64,000 nucleotides of DNA, taken from contig OZ024741.1 in the NCBI GenBank assembly GCA_964016885.1, positions 359,724,001 to 359,788,000 of the forward strand, read 5' to 3'. The position numbers were made by a program, and so were the translations under genes. Shown here in pieces: positions 60,302 to 64,000 of the stretch. Positions within the stretch are counted from its first letter, which is position 1. Each line of letters starts with the position of its first letter. Below the pieces are notes generated by a model, which was not told where the DNA came from, searched no databases, and saw only the letters and a list, made by a program, of their open reading frames with translations. This DNA is from Eledone cirrhosa (Eukaryota).

Positions 60302-60948
60302 TAGGAAGGGCATCCAGCTGTAGAAATCAAGCCAGAATCAGTTCTCGTCCCACCCTTGCAAGCAGGGAAAAGCGGACGTAAAAGGAAATGATGATAATAA
60401 TATTTAATAATCTCCCGTTAGGTTGAGATACAATTGGGCGATATTGGGCTGCGCTTTCTAGCAACAAGCCTACCCGCCGTAAGCAACTAATCACATTCTT
60501 TCTAACTTGACCACTGCCACATCACGATTCTTAGCCATTTTTTAATCTATTTTTGGCACGATCACTTTGGAAAATTAAATGTCTAATTTTGAGTTCACTC
60601 CTGATGAGTACGATACTCTGGATATATCCTGTTAATTGGATGTCTAAAAACACGGTCAAAACCATGGTATATATATAATTACGTTATGTACACATTTCTT
60701 CTAAGTTTGAATTTACACCTAATTGTGTATGGTTGACGGTATATTTAGTCAGTTTCTACATGCTCTTGAAATGTTGGATAAATACTCTATCGGGGCCACC
60801 GCGAAGAGGCCGCTTTCGGTTATCTGTGGGAAATTTCTTCATAGGAGCCTTTATTCTTATAGATTGGTCTAATTGATTTTTTTATATGGTTAATTATGCT
60901 AATTGGGAGAGGAAATGGTATATATTTTATCTAATAATTCTAAGGACA

Positions 60949-61377
<429 letters not shown>

Positions 61378-61423
61378 ATATATACCTTTGCAAGCAGGGA
61401 AAAGCAAACATAAAATGATGGTG

Positions 61424-61463
<40 letters not shown>

Positions 61464-61479
61464 CATACATACATACATA

Positions 61480-61804
61480 CAGTACCCCCAGCATTCGTGG
61501 TCTGGTTATTCACAGAATTTTCCTTAGAACCTAACTAATAATTGTTCGTGGAAACCATTGCATATTCGGGGAATCATAAATATCTTCCACGATTTTTTAA
61601 CAGCTTTTTTCGTGGCAATATATATTTTTTCACGCTTTTTAAGACTAAATTATTAATAACAATATACTGTATTTGTTGGCCTATATTTTACGTTATGTTT
61701 TGATGTTTATAGGCATTTTTATGGACTACGTCCAATATTTGTGGTTTTTCACTCTTCGCAAGTGCTCTAAGAACGTAACCCCCGTGAATGCCGGAGAACA
61801 ACTG
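61480..61804. mobile_element. Tigger/pogo-like MITE
   Basis: Imperfect TIRs CAGTACCCCCAGCATTCGTGG / CCGTGAATGCCGGAGAACAACTG with AT-rich interior. Confidence 0.55.
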
Positions 61805-61819
61805 TGTGTATATATATAG

Positions 61820-63499
61820 TTCATTGAACGACAACTACAGGAGAAGTACCTAGCTAAAAGTAAACCCCTATACTTAGCTTGTCAACTTGGAGAAAGCCTT
61901 TGACAGAGTCCCCCATTCCATTATCTGGTGGGCTCTTAGAAAACTAGGTGTTGACGAATGGCTTGTGAGAGCTATACAAGCCAAGTATAAAGAAACAGTC
62001 AGCAAGGTTAGAATTAACAACGAATATAGTGAAGAGTTTAGCGTAAAAGTTGGTGTTCATCAGGGCTCCGTTCTTAGCCCCCTACTATTTATTATTGCCC
62101 TTCAGGCTATAACAGTGGAGTTCAAGACCGGCTGCCCATGGGAACTTCTATACGCAGATGATCTAAAGCTCATAGCTGAATCAATGGCTGAACTAGAGAA
62201 GAAATTCCAAACATGGAAGCATGGCCTAGAATCAAAAGGCCTTAAAATTAACCTGTCTAAGACTAAAGTTCTAGTTTGTAGGAAGGAAAATAGGGCACTG
62301 GTCCCATCCGGGAAATGGCCATGCTCAGTGCGTAGGAAAGGCGTAGGTAGAAACTCCATTTTATGTCCCAAATGCAAAGTATGGGTGTATAAAAGATGTA
62401 GTGGGATCACAGGTAAGATAACTAAGAATATAGATTTTATATGTGGCCGGTGCTCTGGTGCAATAAGTAGCAGCAAGTGCCCACAGAATACTAGCTCATT
62501 CCATTGCACAGATGGTTCTATAGAAATAGTGGACACCTTCCGTTACTTGGGTGACAAAATCAGCAGTAGTGGAGGGTGCTCTGAAAGTACAGTAGCTAGA
62601 GTCAGAACTGGATGGAAAAAGTTCTGAGAGCTTATACCACTATTAGCCGCTAAAGGGTTCTCTCTAAAAATGAAAGGCAGGCTGTATGATGCCTGCATAT
62701 GAACAGCAATGTTACATGGCAGTGAGACCTGGGCATTGTGTGCAGAGGATATACGCAGACTGGAGAGGAACAAAGCTTGCATGCTCCGCTGGATGTGTAA
62801 TAGTAATATACGTGAACGGCAAAGCATAAACGAACTAAGGGAAAAATTAGAAATAAGAGGGATCAGATGTTGTTTACTCGAGAGAAGGCTACGTTGGTAT
62901 GGTCACGTGATGCGCAAGAAAGACGAAAGCTGTATAACAAAGTGCAGGGCAATAAAGATAGATGGTAGCCACGGAGTAGGCAGACCCAGAAAAACCTGGG
63001 AGGAGCTGATAAATTCCGACCTCACACACTTACACCTCTCCAAGACAATGTCACTGAACCGAGATCTTTGGCGGTACTCAGTAATACAGAAGACCCGCCT
63101 TACCTAAATACATAGTAAAACCTACTACAGTCAGTAGGCATCTCTAACAAAAATACACCCCCGTCCCACTACCCCCACCCTATCCACACCACCCCTTTCA
63201 ATGTAAAGTTATGTTGGTACCACAACATCCAGTCCGAAACAAATGAGGTCGTGTAGGTGTCATGACAAAATAACACACAGTCCACGCTGTAATGTGGCCA
63301 TGTAGGTAACACGGTAAAAACCTCCCAGTCCACACTGTAAATGTGGTTGGTGTTAGGAAGGGCATCCAGCCGTAGAACACCCGCCAGACAGCCCTATGCG
63401 AGCAAGACAACCACTCTTGCCTCAAGTGGGAAAACTCCCATCCAAACCCATGCAAGCATGGAAGATGGACGTTAAACGATGATGATGATGATGATGATG
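61820..63499 (+). mobile_element. 5'-truncated, decayed RTE LINE, same lineage as 292-2277
   Basis: [20 protein letters not shown], degenerate PHD, YLG; in-frame stops near 62625 and 62700; modular 3' UTR; (GAT)n tail. Confidence 0.92.
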
Positions 63500-64000
63500 A
63501 GTGTCTCATTTAAAATAGGTATACCATATCGTTGAGTATTGTAATAAATGACTAAAAAAGGTGGGTATCAGGAGCACATTCAGCTGTAAAGTATTAATTA
63601 GCTCAAAGTGCCCCATCTAACCCATGCTAGCATGGAAAAGTCAATGTAAAAACAATGATGACGATGATATATATCTCACTCTGTTGCCCCAAGCATTCAG
63701 ACCATATCTCCAGTTTAAAGATAACTCAGTAACTTCTTGTAATAAATTCCCATTTAGAAAAAAAAAGAAATAGGCATTAAATATATATTAGTTGAATTCA
63801 AGTAGAATCAACACTTGCCCTATTTTCTTAGCTGAAATCTTATATTTTATCCAATACACACCACTAGATCTCTCTTAATATAATACCACTACCATTATAT
63901 GTCGAAGACATATAGTTAAAACTGTGCTACCACCACCTATAGAGTTAACATAGGAATTTAGTTCAAGCTTTCAGTAAATGCTACAGAATGGGTAAAAGTT

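Overview
Eukaryotic, AT-rich, repeat-dominated genomic DNA. It is most likely from an octopod cephalopod; this is an inference from the giant (TA)n/TATACA arrays and the tRNA-head/CORE-like SINEs with RTE (GAT)n tails. The only host gene visible is a choline/ethanolamine kinase on the minus strand: four phase-compatible GT-AG exons at 45427-45199, 42380-42247, 37823-37716 and 33864-33806, the last carrying the CHNDLQEG Brenner motif. No further exons were found below 33806, so bases 1-33.8 kb appear to be one intron. That region is a TA-microsatellite field holding young retroelements: an RTE LINE with a PHD finger inside its RT, two copies of a bipartite non-autonomous RTE derivative, two Penelope-like elements (PLEs) and an intact two-ORF Tx1-clade LINE in an (ATT)n tract. 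One PLE has mosaic/inverted pLTRs; the other has a 5' inversion, a 719-bp duplication and a candidate 3' hammerhead ribozyme. The rest of the window holds older RTE, CR1, CRE and DD37D remnants, SINEs, MITEs and three minisatellites. Most long ORFs in the ORF track (YIYI...) are microsatellite artefacts. Clade calls and RNA folds were made by eye, not by search.
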